NCBI GenBank assembly: GCA_963733195.1
Contig: CAVTCR010000062.1
Coordinates: 128,001 to 192,000 of the forward strand
Reading direction: 5' to 3'
Source: an uncultured delta proteobacterium
GTDB lineage: Bacteria; Desulfobacterota; Binatia; Bin18
DNA length: 64,000 bases
Shown: positions 63,053-64,000 of the stretch, one piece after another
How positions within the stretch are numbered: the stretch's first letter is position 1
How the letters are laid out: each line of letters starts with the position of its first letter
The notes under the pieces: generated by a model
Database searches by the model: none
Told to the model about the DNA's origin: nothing
The model's input: only the letters and a program-made list of their open reading frames with translations
Program-made: the position numbers and the translations under genes

Positions 63053-63499
63053 CTACGTGAAGCGTCGGAGCACGGAGAAAAATGCGAAGAGCCCGATCAA
63101 TATCAGCAGGATTGCGACCCAAAGGGTCGGCGTGTGTGCAGGAGCATCTCCAACGCCGGCGACCGGCTGGAACTCCTCACGCCAGAGGTAGCGCAACAGC
63201 CCGCGGTACTCCCATAGCGAGATGATCAACCCGACTACGCCGGCTCCGATCAGTGCCAAGCCGAGATAACGCGGCGCTTCCGGTCGGATGGCTGGGGCGA
63301 CCCCCTCCATCTTATTGAAGCGCTCGAAGAACTGGACGATCGTGAAGCCGAAGCCGATCAGGGCTGTTGCCGTGCGCACCCAGGACATGAGCGTGCGCTC
63401 GATACTCAGCCGTGTGCGCAACTAGGAGAAATGCGTCTCCACGTTGGGGTGTACGACAAACCTATTTGCGTCACCTTTCGTTCGGTTGTTCGTCGTCAA
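63053..63499 (-). CDS. DUF202 (YidH) membrane protein with in-frame TAG at 63422-63424
   Basis: ETHFS*LRTRLSIERTLMSWVRTA; TTG start at 63499 is in frame. Confidence 0.8.
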
Positions 63500-63688
63500 G
63501 AGGCTTCCTTGCTGTCTTGGCCCGAATCTCCGACAGACCCCCATTGAGGGTGTAAGAAGGCGGCGGTTCTTCTTCAGTCGCCGCCTTTAGCGATATGAAC
63601 ACGAAGGTCAATAAGCCCACTCTCAGAATGAAGACACAACGGTTCTTACTGACCCTCACTTCTCAGTTCCTCTTCGTATCAATGCCAC

Positions 63689-64000
63689 CTACTGCACTTT
63701 GAGTTCCACCCGACGGTTCATCGCGCGGCCCTCAGGGTCGTCTTGCCCATCAGATGTCGTGTTCGGCGCAACCGGCTGGCTCTCGCCATAACCGCGCGTT
63801 TCAAGCCGGCTCGCTGCGACCCCCTTCGAGACGAGGTACTGTTTCACCGCCTGAGCACGTCGTTCTGAAAGTTCCTGGTTGTAGGACTCTGAGCCGATGG
63901 CATCTGTGTGTCCCTCAATCATGACCTGGACATTCGGATTGTCTTCGAGAGCCTGCGCGGCTTCATCGAGCACCGGTGCAAACTCCGCCTTGATGTTCGC
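63689..64000 (-). CDS. OmpA-family peptidoglycan-binding domain (5' partial)
   Basis: IEGHTDAIG..YNQELSERRA..V, GYGE, NRRVE. Confidence 0.95.
   Translation of the reverse strand, partial: ANIKAEFAPVLDEAAQALEDNPNVQVMIEGHTDAIGSESYNQELSERRAQAVKQYLVSKGVAASRLETRGYGESQPVAPNTTSDGQDDPEGRAMNRRVELKVQ

Noticed and set aside
63422-63424. Pyrrolysine or stop-codon reassignment
   Set aside because: TAG is a normal stop in many genes here, and no pyl genes are present.
1-64000. tRNA, rRNA or prophage genes
   Set aside because: No cloverleaf, rRNA-like or phage structural sequence recognised by eye; tRNAscan-SE and cmscan would be needed to exclude them fully.

Overview
Bacterial chromosomal window of moderate GC, with a visibly GC-richer patch at about 54.5-56.5 kb. 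The gene content (many enoyl-CoA hydratases, acyl-CoA dehydrogenase, F420-type LLM enzymes, a zinc-ribbon/cyclase/AAA/TPR protein) suggests a Candidatus Binatota-like 'Deltaproteobacterium'; this is inference only. Many genes, including coaE and kdpA, are split by single-base indels, most likely long-read consensus errors. 0-38 kb holds housekeeping and CoA-catabolic genes, a REP-associated tyrosine transposase with dispersed GTAG REPs, a hidden PIN-like toxin-antitoxin pair and two histidine kinases, one behind a near-consensus sigma-28 promoter. 38.5-50.9 kb is an ion-homeostasis locus: chaA, a sigma-54 activator, and kdpFABC with a split KdpD and no KdpE, behind a sigma-54 promoter. 50.9-58.7 kb is a mosaic (IS256 with a 9-bp target duplication, tolQR-like genes, SDR-membrane fusion, IS1 and resolvase remnants) bounded by a duplicated copy of the kdp promoter. 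58.9-64 kb is an OmpA-DUF202-DUF1622-DUF202-MMPL cluster. Most notable: (i) inverted arrays of 7-nt-period repeats in many intergenic spacers, which together with REPs also sit inside linkers of the cyclase gene; (ii) two sigma-54 promoters with identical enhancer geometry; (iii) several 'hollowed-out' genes that keep only their ends, e.g. mscL. No rRNA, tRNA or CRISPR array was seen. No searches were run; family calls are from motif recognition.
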